Below are positions 14,728 through 27,462 of a stretch of 64,000 nt of DNA, piece after piece (within the stretch, counting starts at the first letter, position 1; every line of letters begins with the position of its first letter). Below the pieces are notes generated by a model. That model had not been told where the DNA came from and did no database searches. It was given only the letters and a program-made list of their open reading frames with translations. The position numbers and the translations under genes are program-made. Origin of the DNA: Antedon mediterranea (Eukaryota > Animalia > Echinodermata); NCBI RefSeq assembly GCF_964355755.1, contig NC_092670.1, positions 37,250,388 to 37,314,387 on the forward strand, in the 5' to 3' direction.

Positions 14728-14943
14728 AGATACATTGGCCCACTGAAAAAAATAATTCTTAAAAAATTGTTGAATAAGCCATTTTTTAATTGACTTTCAA
14801 ACTTTTGGTTAAAATTAACGGTTTCTTTTGTCTTTTTTAAGTAAAATAATTTTTTTTTAATAACTTTAATAAAACAGCAAAATGACTTATTTTAAAGTTT
14901 AATTTTATTAATCTTCATTTTTCATGTTTTTGACAATAAATCT
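14728..14943. mobile_element. TTAA-flanked MITE family 2 copy
   Basis: TTAA-AGATACATTGGCCC...GACAATAAATCT-TTAA. Confidence 0.55.
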
Positions 14944-15279
14944 TTAAAGATATGATGTCCCCCAGATTAAATAAAACAAATCTACCTGATAAAACCATAA
15001 TTTAAACGTAAACATTCTCTTTAATTTTCTATACTGATTTTTAGGCGACCATTTTATTATTGGACGTAATTGCTAATCGTTTGATTTGACCATCTTCTGA
15101 ATATCGTCCATTTGTCTCAATAAAGATAATATTACCTTACTCTCCCATTAATTCTGTAACTATGGTTGCCCATGAGATGATGAGCAGATTCAACTGTAAA
15201 TGGCTTTTGCGGTACATTTATGTCATATATGGTACTACATATTTTTTAGCGAAAAGAGATTTGAATGTGGCATCATAGA

Positions 15280-15410
15280 GTGTGAAAAAAAAAGTGATGT
15301 GCCCATATATGGACATGATGATGTCATATCACTACCAATAATGGGCACTACCGTATTTTGGGCACATCACACTTTTTGTCAAAATAGTTTAAATGTGTGG
15401 ACAGAGCATA
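15280..15410. mobile_element. Degenerate AGCTCTGTCTACAC MITE copy
   Basis: Internal GTGATGTGCCCATATATGGACATGATGATGTCATATCACTACC plus a degenerate right TIR. Confidence 0.75.
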
Positions 15411-16139
15411 AGACTATTTATTTTATTAGGCTTAGGAATTGTCTGGTAACATTATTTATGTGATACTGTATACTATAGGCTTAATTTAAATTTTAATCAT
15501 TTTTGTTTGCTATAGAAACATAAATTTGTTTCGCTGTTGGCTACTTGCTGCAGTACGTGCCATTAATAAGATAAATGTCTACCTGCCGTAGATATTCAGT
15601 TGAGAAATATTAGTCAGTGTCATCTATTCCTTAACAGTTATCACATGATCCATATTCATTACTACATACATGGGTACAATAGAACTCAAAAGAGAATATG
15701 TTTACACGTTGTTTACTGGTCAAGGATTTGTACAGCAGTTTTTCTCTTGTTTTTTTTCCAGTTTCCGATAATTGACTATTATAAAAATTTGACCAAATGA
15801 TTTAATTGATATTAATTAAGATAACTTAATTGTTGTTCTACTGTATGTAGTAGATAAGAACAGTGAGATGTGATTACGAATATAGTCTGCCATTCTAATA
15901 CAACAAAACAATTTAGGCTTGCAAGTGTGCGATAGTTGACTGCACATTGTTAGATACATTTCAATGAAAATGGTTTAATAACAAGTACATGTCGTACACT
16001 AATGCACTGTTGTCAAACCTGTTGACCAAACGCTATTATTTTTCTAATTAAAAGATCATGTGATAGATGAATGGTAAGCAGGTGAATCTTTAGCCCTGAG
16101 TCTTAATCCAATAATGATTTTTTCTTTTTTTTTCTTCAG

Positions 16140-19100
16140 AACATGGGAATGTCGCAGAATAACTCTGGTAGTAGTAACACATTGCCGGATGATGATGTCT
16201 TTATGCAACAGCTTGAGAGGATAATGGGTTCCGACATGCCATTCAACGAAGAGATGTCTCCTGCCCTACGTCTAGATAACATAGTCAACTCGCAACCAAA
16301 TGAGGGTGACTTGCTTAGCTCAATCTTCAATCCTGCCGATCAAACGGGACCACAGGTGACGCAGACACCGAACAATGGCGTGCACAGCAATAATATGGGT
16401 TACGGCGGTGTGCAGCAATCGCAGCAAGGTCATCAGCAGGGTCAACAGCAAATGGGGAGTATGTTGTCTCCGCAAACTAATGTTCACATGATGCAATCAA
16501 GATTTCCAACTTCTCAACCATCACAAGTATGTTACTTTACTTTTAAGCTCTGTCCACACTATCAAACTTTATGTGACAAACAAATGTGATGTGGTCACTA
16601 CCATATTTTGGAATATTACTACCATATTTGGACACATCACACTTTTTTGTCGCACTAGTTTGATAGTGTAGACAGAGCTTTACACTTTCAAATAAGGGCC
16701 TGTTTCTACTGTATGCAAATAACTAGTTAATATTTAATTACCACAATTTACACCTTAAAAATAATAGATGCAATCAACTCCCCCAAATACCAGACTCTGT
16801 AAACCACAAACTCTTCCTAAACCAGACTTTCTTTAGGTCCAAAAGGTCCAAAATTCTTTTTTACCATTAAAAACACATTCTGAATTTACCAGACTTTCCA
16901 GAAAACCAGACAAATTTGTCCAGCCCAAGGGTGTCCGGTATTGGGAGAGTTGACTCACAGTATAATAATAGTCGATATATTTACAGTTAGAGAACTGTTT
17001 GTTCTTCAATTGTTGCAATCTCATTATTTAAATTAATTTAGATCATGCCCTGTTTATTTGAATGTTCAAATTTCAAAAAAGATAATAATCCACCTGCTGT
17101 TTGAAGACTTCAAAAGAATCTTCTTTTCTACAAATTGTAAATTTCATAAAAACCACAAAGACAGTCGTGTATCTATAATAGAACAATAAGACTGAGAAGC
17201 AAGGAAATTACTTAAATCCTTTTTCTCGAATGAAGCACCTGACATGCTGATACTGTTGTGTCACATGTTCTTACTTAGCATACATCGTACATTTTTGCTT
17301 ACAAAACCAGCGTAATGGACAATCAATAGATTGTGTCAGATAAGCCGTTCTTTGCTTGTTACGTTATCTGTCGATATTGAATCTGATTGTTTTGTTCAAT
17401 CATAATTGAGTTAGTAGAACTAAAATACACGCAAACTCTTACCAATTTCCAAAGTTTACATTATAAGATTAACAATAAAGAAATAAATTTAATAAATAAT
17501 AATAATACTTGCTTCATTTCCCACATTTTAAAATTTGGCAAAAAAAGATTTATGCAATGTTTTTTTTTAAAAATCAACTGCATGGTACTGGTAGCGCTTA
17601 ACTACAGCAAATATGAACTGCCGAAATGTCTTGTTATTGTATCATTACTGTACTTTTGGATAAGTACAATTTTAATGCCCTATATATTTTAAAGTGCTGA
17701 GTTCATATTGGAACATATCCTGGATTGTCACTTGCCGCTCAATGACCATGTCAGATAACGCGTTAATCAGTTGCCCCGGCTTACGTTACATTCTGAAGCC
17801 TACAGTAGTCGAATCTTGATGAAATTAGCTCTTCGTTCACAAACGATTACCTATGAGTCGGCTTTCTAATTGGCGTGCGCAAACCGAGTCGTGTAGTAAT
17901 GCCGTGTTGGCTTGTTAATGGTGGTAATATCAAAAACAAGATCTTAGGAAATCATTAAGAAGTTGTAGATGTGTCACGCATCCTGTTTGTGAAGGACTGG
18001 GCTAATTGCTTTTCAGCCTTGACACTGCCTCCATTTTCCCATCTCATTCCCATCCAACATACAATACTTCCTGCCCTCATCGCTGACACAATACTTTAAT
18101 ACTTTTTCGGTAATCTTGAGCTGTTTACCACTCTCGTTATATCTGTACTAAATTTGTTTTCTTATTAAAACATTGCTTATTTTATTCACAATTACATTTA
18201 CAATATTCATTAGTAGCATATCAAAAGAAGCGGGTGCTTGTCAGTTTAGTAACCATTTATAAACAAAAAAAAACAATTATATCATCAGTTGACTTTGTAT
18301 GGTGTATACAAACAATTCACACTATCATAAATTTGTACAGTAAAATAATTTAATAGTCATTTTCCTCTGCATTCTGTTTTTTAAACCGCTATGTTGAACC
18401 AAACTAAAATCAAACGTTATTGCACTGGTATCTGCAGTAGCATGTATAGTCATAATCTCAGAGGGATGTTGTAATTTTGTAATTAGCCTACACAGTTACA
18501 ATTAAATCCAGAGGTCCTGGTTTTTAGTTTTTTTTAGTTTTTATTACCTGTTACTACTAATATTATAAGAGTTCTTAAATATTATAATTATATCAAATTA
18601 TATTCAAAAGAACTTCTCTATATTTACAGTTTGTTAAAATTAAGACAGTGGAACCGTAATCACGTAGCCATAACATCGGCAGGGGTTCGAGGCTCACTCA
18701 CTCCATGGTTCTGGTGGTAGAACGAGTCTTCTCGGATAAGGACTATAAACCGTAGGTCCAGTGTACACAACTTGCTCGTGTGCACTTTAAAGAACCTAGT
18801 ACATCTTTCGAGATGAGTAGGGGGTTACCCCGGTGTATTAGTACATCACAGCCACTGATCACCAACTGGGCCCTCTGGGAGATCAGTCTTTGACTGAAGA
18901 GGTTACCCAGTATAAAGATAAAACAAACAAACAAACAAACAATACTAATGTATTATTATTTGTAACAATTTTTTTTCTTCAAAAGATGATGAATATGAAT
19001 GTAATGCAACAAAGACCAACCTTGCAAAAACAAATGTCATTACCGGCCACCGGCAACGGAATGCGCGCTGCTGCGGGCGACATGTATAACAGTAAACCGC

Positions 19101-22100
19101 AAATACGACAAAATCTTCTACGCAAAAAGACCCAACAGCAGCAACAACAACAGCAGCAGCAGCAGCAGCAGCATCAACAACAGCAGCAACAGCAGCAACA
19201 ACGGGATTGGGTGCGGCAGCAGCAACTGATGAGGCAGCAGCAGCAGATGCAAGGAATGACACCGCACCAGCAGCGTCTTGCACAACAACAGAAGTTACAG
19301 ATGTTGCACCACCAACAATCTTATCAGAGGTTTACAGTTCCTCAGGTATAAACACAACCATAAATAGATGATTTTCGATTGGCCTGAGGTTTACTAAATA
19401 TAAAAATAAGTTGATATATTTGTACGGGCATCTATATTCGAGAGGAACATTCGGGATTTAGGAGATACCCTTATTGCACTTTGATGGGTTCCAATGGTGT
19501 GTCCCCTTAATAGAGCTTCCATATTAAATATTTCAACATAAAATAAAGATATAAAACGTAGACTGCATATATCCATACATGTGCAAACTTGTATTATTTT
19601 AATTCTATTTAAGTGCATGTTAACATGCCTGGTAAGCATGTTTACAATTTTAAACATCTTTAGAATGTGGTGTAGTATAGTTTTTGTTAAGGCACTTATG
19701 TCTATTTTATCTGCTGGTATACACCATCAAATATAAAGCTTTCTTTTACTTTATTATTGACTACTATCTGTAGTTCAGTTGTATTGTAATCTGTTTAGTG
19801 ACTTGTACTGTAGCAAGTGAAACCCTGTTGTGTAGACGTCTTAAGAATAGCTTTGTTTCCCTGTGGCAAAACACTGTTTGTGTACTGAGTAACAATGACC
19901 TCAAAGGTCAACGTACGCCTAGTTGTTTACTATCATGAGTTCAGTGCTTTGCACACCTTTGCAAGTAAATGTGAAACCAGTGCCTTTAACAATTTACGTA
20001 TTGTAGTGATTTTATAGTTTGTGATTCCTTTTATTGAATGCTATTTCTCCGTCCCTGTTCCTAATCCATGTTTATTGGTGCCAAGCTCTATATATTATCA
20101 GAATCAATCCCATAATTTAAATTGTTTATATAAATAATAAACACTTATTGTCCTATGTGTATATAAGTCAAGTATGTATAGAGTCAACTCTGCCAATACC
20201 GGACACCCCATGGGTTGGCCTACAGGAGTAGTCTGGTTTTCTGGAAATTGGGAGAGCTTTTCCAGTTTTCCAAGTCCGGTATTGAGAGAGTTAACCATAC
20301 TACAGTGTAGCCAACAACAAATGTTCATTATACTACATTACTAATACAGTAATATTTTAATACACATCTTGGATCTTAATTATAAAACTACCTACAGTTT
20401 TCCTTTTAACATTCAAAATATGTAGTGTGATTTAGTTGGCAGTTTAATTGTGGTCGAGTACCCAAGTTGACATGCCTACATCCATTAATTCTTCTTTTTT
20501 TGTTTCATTTATTCACTGAAAGTGGTTTAAAAAATTTCTTTTACAAAATCTGACTTGCAAATGTTATTAATGGTGAACATAATAGTTAACATATGAACTT
20601 TAATTGACTTCAAATTTACTCCATTTTGACAAATTTGACTTCCAAATGTCACAATTATTATATCTTGACTGTCGTTAGTAAACATTTATATTGATATGAA
20701 GTTTGTAGTACTCCACGTATATATGTTCTTAAACGAACTGTTGAGTTTCTTGACATTTCAATCAATATGCTTTGAGTGAGAATGCAGAAAGTCCATGGAA
20801 ACTGGGAATATGAGCGGAATAGTGTGAAATGGGACTGGTGTGAAAGTTAAAAACCATAGCAAGATCACAGCGGGAGGGATTCATAGAAATGTTTAGAAAC
20901 TCAAAATTTCTTTTCAGAATTAATATACGTAGTGTATCGCAAATTTTATATCAACATTTTATTTCGTCATGAAAACCTTCAAACTAAACATTTATGCGTA
21001 TTTTGTTTTCGTAGACGGATGGAATGTTTCAAGGAATGGACACTCACAACTTCCCGGAAAAACTCGGAGACATGCTCAGTCCTTCGGCAAGTGCTCCTAA
21101 TGTTAGCATTCAGGTATATCCACATGTTTAGTAGGGGCAATCACTAACCAGAAACTAACCGTCGATGGAGTCGTAAGATGTCTTATAACCATACTAACAA
21201 AACTGACCATAAACAATCGTGATCCGTTCCAATAAAGTTTATCACAAATAGCTTGATTTCACAAGGAACATCATTGCACAATGCATGATGGGAAGGGTTT
21301 GGGAGCAAACGTCACAACGTGTATGTACAAATAACAAATCACGTACGTACGTGTCGTGACGTTTCCTCACAAACTCTTCCCATCATTCATCGCGCACAAT
21401 ATTTGCGATAAACCTTATGAATGGATCACATCTAAAATAAATGCCCTGAGAAGCATGTACACATTACATGTATACACATCTTCACATTATACATCTGCAT
21501 ACATAAACATACTGTACTGTTCGTCCGCATAAACAATCTCTCACTATCACGTGTCATAAGGTTTATTTATAATTTAGTAATAAATTAAAACATAAAAGAA
21601 TTTCACAAACAAAACACAAATTTTTCTACAATTTTGAATAAGTACCAGATCAACTTGATTTTAACCCGACCAAGTGACCTTTTGAAAAAGTTCTATCTAC
21701 ACTATCAAACTAGTGTGACGAAAAGTGTGATGAGCCCATGGTAGTGATATGCCCAAATATGGTAGTGATATGACATCATCATGTCCATATATGGGCACAT
21801 CACATTTTTGTCACAATTTGATAGTGTAGACAGAGCTTTACACAAACATGTCAAACATTTTTAAGCATTGTTGAGGAGCTATATTGGCAATTTGGTTGAC
21901 GGGCACAATTAAGTTGATCTGGGAACCTATGGACAAAAAGAATGTTATTTGTAACAAGTGAGTTTATTGTGTTACAGAAATCTGGATTTGGTAGTCCAGC
22001 AATGCCAGGAAGACCAATGTCCGGAGCCAATCAAATGAATCAAATGATTCCAGGTGGACAGATGGGTGGACAGATGGGTGTTAGAGGTCAAGCAGGCATG

Positions 22101-24298
22101 ACCAATCAAATGTTTGCGCAAAATAACCGAACGGGAGAATATGGATTACCGCCATTTAACCAGATGATGAATTCAAACCAATATGGAGGCAATATGGGAC
22201 CTAATCCAAATTCATTCCCGTTCCAGGATCCAATGCAAGTCAATATGCCTTACGGAAATTCTATGAACAATCGCATGCAAGGAAACCCTAATATGATGGG
22301 TGGCATGCAGAATCCACAACATGCTGGGATGCAAAATCCAGCTGGAATGCAGAATCCTGCAGGAATGCCTAATGCTGGCAGTATGCCAAACTCTAATATG
22401 CAAACTCCAGGTGGAATGCCTAATTCAGGAGGAATGACTCCAGGTGGGATGCAGACTCCAGGTGGAATACAAACGCCTGGTGGTATGGCTACACCAGGAG
22501 GTATCCAAACACAAGGTGGAATGCAACAGCCGGGTGGAAGCATGCAATCCGGGGTGCCCATGGCCCCGACGTCGGGTTTGAACCATAACATTCCACCTTC
22601 TACTATGGGACAAAATCCAGGTGTGAATCCTGGAATATCAGGAATGGCAAATGCCAGTATGGCATCAAATCAATACATGAACACAAACTCGAACTTTTCT
22701 AACTTCCGCGGAAACCCGAACTCAATGGTCCCACAAAATCAAAATGCTATGCGTGTACAAAGTCAGATGGGTGGTGCTGGAGGTATGGGTGGTGCCGCTA
22801 GTATGGGCGGTGCCGCTGGTATGGGCGGTGCCGCTGGTATGGGTGGTGCAATGAATCAAATGCGTTGGAATCAGCAGGCAGGAGGTCAAATTCAGGCAAA
22901 CATGTTCTCTGGTCCAATGTCTTCACAGCAGCCATCGTCTGCAGATATGTATGGTGGCATGAATGCAGGAGTTATGAATAGAATGCACCCTCGAAGGAAC
23001 AGTACCGACTCTCTAAACCCTCAGGTACATTTTACATTTAAACTAGTCTCTTTTAGTGCCATTTGTCTTCTACTAAAGTGTTACAATTTTACAGTTAAGT
23101 AGCCATGACATTACTACTGATACTGGTTCAGCTAACTTTCTACATACATCGGGTATCCATTGACATAAAATTGGCATTTAGATTAATTTACATTGCTTGA
23201 CTCTAAATCAAGTGTTTAACTTTATATTGTACATCAAACTAACTTGTTGCATTTAAAACGCAATTAATATCGCAAGCCCTAGAAAATAATCAATTGCTTT
23301 ATTTTTACAGATGACGCAAGTAGGGGGTGCCCTTATGAATTCTATGAATCAGAATAAGAATCCAAATGCGTCAAACTTTAATATGGGAGGTACACCGTCA
23401 ACACCGATGGATGATGATTTAAATATGACTATCAACTTTCTACAGCAAGGTATGTTTAATTAGCATAAATAAAATACATACATTTTCTTGATTTACCTTA
23501 ATAGAAATAAAGCAGTTTACACTATAATTTATATACAAGACAAATTACTGAAAAAATCAGTGGATGGATCTCAATAGAGGTATAAAATAATATAAGCAAA
23601 CAGCTTAATCAAAACAATATAGTAAAACAGCCAGAAAATTTGCACTATAATTTATATACAAATATTTTTGTCACAGAAATTCAACAGACTGGAAATGTAA
23701 AACAGGGCAGTACAGCTGCTGCCGCCCCTCCTGGTAATGAGCCGGTAGCGGTCGCTCTTGAAAGTCAGTGCCGCGAGGAAGCAAAACAACGATATTACAA
23801 TTTTTATAATATGGCAGATGCAGGGCAGGCACCGGATGCAAAAACGAGAGTTACAAATTTATTTAAAAATCAATTACAGGGAATACGACCTGAGAGTCAA
23901 TTGCAAAGCCTTCAGAGTTCTCATCAGTCTTCTATTGAAAGACAGGTAAGGTAGATTTGGGCACATCACACTTTTTTTTTCAAACTATTTTGATAGTGTA
24001 GACAGACCTTAAAGATATATTGTCCCTTACAATTTTTTTTTTTTTTTTTCAAACTTTGTTTTGGATATGCCATTTTAATGTCACATGATTTGACCAAAAA
24101 GTGGATCAACATTTTTTATCTTCATTTTTCATGTTTTTGGGGGACAAATACATCTTTCTAAGCAACTATTGTATCCATATTTTTGTCTAATTAATATATT
24201 TTATTTTTCTTTTATTTTTTTAGCAATCACAAAATGATTCACATGAATCCACAGGGAATAACAGTTTACTACAGAAATTATTACAAGAAACAGGCTAA
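16140..24298 (+). CDS. NCOA: p160 nuclear receptor coactivator (NCOA/SRC/taiman-like), C-terminal ~790 aa; 5' bHLH-PAS exons not seen in the window
   Basis: Exons 16140-16526, 18986-19345, 21015-21113, 21978-23024, 23311-23449, 23677-23945 and 24224-24298 are all GT-AG and phase-consistent. DDDVFMQQLERIMGSDMPFNEEMSPALRLDNIVNSQ resembles the p160 CBP-binding AD1 segment (from memory of ACTR). Also polyQ, a Met/Gly/Gln/Pro-rich tail and a C-terminal SLLQKLLQE LxxLL box like SRC-1a/taiman. Confidence 0.7.
16546..16679. mobile_element. Full MITE copy with TTA TSD (PIF/Harbinger, Tourist-like)
   Basis: TTA-AGCTCTGTCCACACTATCAAAC...GTTTGATAGTGTAGACAGAGCT-TTA. Confidence 0.9.
16772..16956. mobile_element. 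MITE family 3 (TIR ~AGTCAACTCTCCCAATACCGGA), Tc1/mariner-like; second copy inverted at ~20182-20296
   Basis: Shared TCCGGTATTGRGAGAGTTRAC ends and internal CCAGAAAACCAGAC. Confidence 0.6.
18640..18940 (+). mobile_element. tRNA-derived SINE with Deu/Nin-like central domain, 5'-truncated, (AAAC)n tail
   Basis: Near-identical to the inverted copy at 37877-38198; B-box-like GGTTCGAGGC; core CGGATAAGGACTATAAACCGTAGGTCC..TTAAAGAACC..GAGTAGGGGGTTACCCCGGTGT. Confidence 0.8.
20182..20296. mobile_element. MITE family 3 copy
   Basis: AGTCAACTCTGCCAATACCGGAC...GTCCGGTATTGAGAGAGTTAAC inverted ends. Confidence 0.6.
21219..21429. mobile_element. Degenerate palindromic (hairpin) MITE
   Basis: GTGATCC..TTTATCACAAATA..ATGATGGGAAG..AAACGTCAC mirrored by GTGACGTTT..CTTCCCATCAT..TATTTGCGATAAA..GGATCAC. 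Confidence 0.7.
21689..21837. mobile_element. AGCTCTGTCTACAC MITE copy
   Basis: Both TIRs recognisable. Confidence 0.85.
24013..24155. mobile_element. TTAA-flanked MITE family 2 copy, adjacent to a truncated AGCTCTG MITE (23955-24010)
   Basis: TTAA-AGATATATTGTCCC...GGGACAAATACATCT. Confidence 0.55.
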
Positions 24299-24404
24299 CC
24301 CTTACTGAAATGCCATGTCCTGCCTAAATACTCAACAAGTAGTAAAGGATTGTAGCATGGCAGTTGCACTGGAAAAGACATCTGAAACAGAGCAGTGGAA
24401 TCGT

Positions 24405-24636
24405 ATGCTGCCCTCAGTGGTGACATCATAGATGTCGATGCTGCCCTCAGAGGTGGCAGATGTTGATGCTGCCCTCAGTAGTGACATAGATGTTGATGCT
24501 ACCCTCAGTGGTGACATAGATGTCGATGTTGCACTCAGTGGTGACATCATAGATGTCGATGCTGCCCTCAGTGGTGACATCATAGATGTCGATGCTGCCC
24601 TCAGAGGTGACATAGATGTCGATGCTGCCCTCAGTG
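24405..24636. repeat. 30/33-bp minisatellite (GATGCTGCCCTCAGTGGTGACAT[CAT]AGATGTC), about 7 copies, in the presumed NCOA 3' UTR
   Basis: Direct inspection; explains ORFs 24332-24613 and 24432-24665. Confidence 0.9.
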
Positions 24637-26994
24637 CGAGATTCTATGAAGTTTATGTGTCTTAGGAAAGGAAAGTTTTTGGCAAACCAAGATTTTGCAG
24701 ATTTTATTTAAAAAGGAGTATTTAAGATATATGAGATACAGGCTGCTGTAAATATATTATTATTTTAATTCATTGTTTATTTCATACAACCATAAACGTA
24801 TCGTCAAACTATCATTGTATTATTTTAAAACGTTTATTATTTTTTTGTATTTGAAGAGAAATAGAAACTACAGTATAGACAAATTCCTAATAAGGAAATG
24901 ATGAAAAATATCAAATCAGAAATCACACTGAAATTGACAAGTGACTTTTTATGTTATCACAGTTACGTTTTTAATTGTTCGGTTTTTAATGGTTTTATTT
25001 TTTCTTTAACTATCTTTACAATGTATTTCTTAGATTATACTACTACCACGACAAACAACAAGGCATATCAAATCAGCTTGTAGAATCTCGTGGTGTGTAC
25101 AAACTACAATTATTTCCAAATTTGGTATATTCTTATGGAAGCTCACTTCTGATTGGTTATGTTGTTTCTTAGTTTTCATGCTGTGGGATCATTGCTAATG
25201 ACCTCACAGTGGATTCGAATGGCACGTTAATAAAATACGGTTTTGTTTCCAAAGATTATCTAAAATGAATCGAACAAGTTTGCATGCTCAGTCATAAACG
25301 TTTTTCTTTGAATACTTAATATTTTGGTTGTGTTTAAGTCGCTACAGTTTGGCACTCCATAAATAGATTTACATCCAAATGGTATTAAAAATGATGGTAT
25401 TAAAAATTTAATTTTGACACGGCATACTGTAACAAACCTACCTACCTCAGAGAAGGGATGATAGAGTCATCGTTGTAGCTTGGCATAGGCTAGGCTAGGC
25501 TTGGCATGTACAGTTACAGGCATCTTGTACATGGTACTGTGGTTGTAGGAAGGAAGGGGCATTTTATTCCTCAGCATACATTTTACAAAACCATGGTATT
25601 TAAGTATACTGTATTATTTAGAATTCTTCATGAGGATAATATGTGAATAAGTTGAATTCAAAGGAAAATAAATTCCTAGTGAAGAAAAAGTATAAACCAT
25701 TTTATTACTTAGATTTAAATGTCAACTATTGTCAGTAGTTATGACCTTTGACATCTTCACGTTGTTTCTGACGCAATGTCATTGACATCCGAAGAAGTTT
25801 ACTAATAATTTTAATTTTGTTGAATGTTAGATGATATGTAGAATTTACCAAGCAGGGTACTGTATTCAGTTTGGGGAAATTACAAACTAGAGAATGCTGT
25901 TTGTATTGTGCCAACGTTTGTTTGTAACAAAAAGATTGTATAATTCTGAAAATTGTGATTTATGATGGTGTGGATATGGCAGATGTGTGATGCGTGAAGG
26001 TGTGTGTAGATAATGTGAATATTATGAAGAGTGTAGAATAGTAGAATTAATTCAATGGGCAGTTTTAATATTGATAAATTATTGGATGATCAATGATACT
26101 AGTTATATTATTTTAATCATATATGCAAACAGGCCAGTTGAAATACGAAATGTATGTAACGCATACATAAATAGAATTTGGAGTAAGTGTCGTGCAGACT
26201 GATCTATGTTGGTCAGTCCTCTGGTGGTGTAAGCCCAGCCCCCGGGTGTTACGTTCAACTGGGCTAAGCTTTCACCAGAGTATTGGAATTAGTAATTTTC
26301 TCTCACTTAACCAGACTCTCATATTAGTAGTGCAACAACTACTAAATTATGAGTATTGTGGTTATTCTTATTCAATTTTCTGCCGTTATAACTTAATAAT
26401 CTTTACTATTGTTGCCATTTTTAGCTGCGTGTTGGGTTCTGTTTATCATTTTGGTTTTAGGGGGTAAGTGAGTAGGGTTAAGTTGGGAAGAGGGTGGGCA
26501 AGTTGTGTATAATCTGTTCCTTGTACATCTGAGACCAAGCAACTGTAAATAATTGTATTGAGAACTCCTTTTGTTTATGTTTGTATAGTCAAACTATTGT
26601 AAAAATTTGAAGAGCTCGCAACCGGCAGAACTACAGTGCGTTGTGAAATGTATTGTGGGAAGGTCGCAAATGTGAGCAGAAATCAGTACCTGTCGACACA
26701 TACTACTGAAAAAATATATATATTTTTGGAAAATAGGAATTATATTTTGGATGAAGTTATCTTAATTCTTAATAACTAATGTTTACAGCAAAATTAATTC
26801 ATGCTTGATAAATATATATCCCCAATAAATTTGTGATTATACTTTATTACATTGTTGACAAAATCTGAATTAGCTAATAATATTGATAAAATTTAACTTT
26901 TCATTCATTTTTTAATTGTAGGTATTGTTAATAAGGGTTTAACTTGTATTCAACAATAATCCATTTGTATAACTTGCGTTCTCATGGAAGATTT

Positions 26995-27250
26995 TAGTAT
27001 TGTGTGTTCACATGACCAATTTAATATTGTGTGTTCACATGACCAAGGTTATATTGCGTGTTCACATGTTACAGTTATGTTGTGTGTTCACATGAACAAG
27101 TTAATATTGTGTGTTCACATGAACCAGTTATGTTGTGTGTCTTGAAAACAGCAGAGTTCAAGTTGTGTGTAGTGTGTGTTCACAAAGTAGACTTTATATG
27201 GTACGTGTTTACATGCCAGAGTTTATAATATGGTGTGTTTTCACATGGCA
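26995..27250. repeat. Degenerate ~27-bp tandem repeat containing TTGTGTGTTCACATG
   Basis: GTGTTCACATG recurs about 5 times with further degenerate units. Confidence 0.75.
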
Positions 27251-27336
27251 AAGGTTATTAGTGTTTTTTGATAAACAGAAAATGCCATACAAAATGAAAT
27301 TCTTTATCAAATGTGAGACCAATTGTCATGATGTAA

Positions 27337-27462
27337 AGCTCTGTCTACACTATCAAACTTTATGTAACAACAAAATGTGATCATGCCCATATATGATAAT
27401 GTCGTATCACTACCATATTTGGGCACATCACACTTTTTTGTCAAATTAGTATAGACAGAGCT
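27337..27462. mobile_element. AGCTCTGTCTACAC MITE copy
   Basis: Left TIR intact; right TIR partly deleted but ends ACAGAGCT. Confidence 0.85.

Noticed and set aside
18945-22613. Antisense ORFs (poly-Ala/Val; IPPGVC repeats) opposite NCOA exons
   Set aside because: Shadows of low-complexity coding sequence on the other strand
24332-24665. Repeat ORFs after the NCOA-like stop
   Set aside because: 3' UTR minisatellite; not continuous with the CDS and the stop TAA-CCC is not a recognised leaky context
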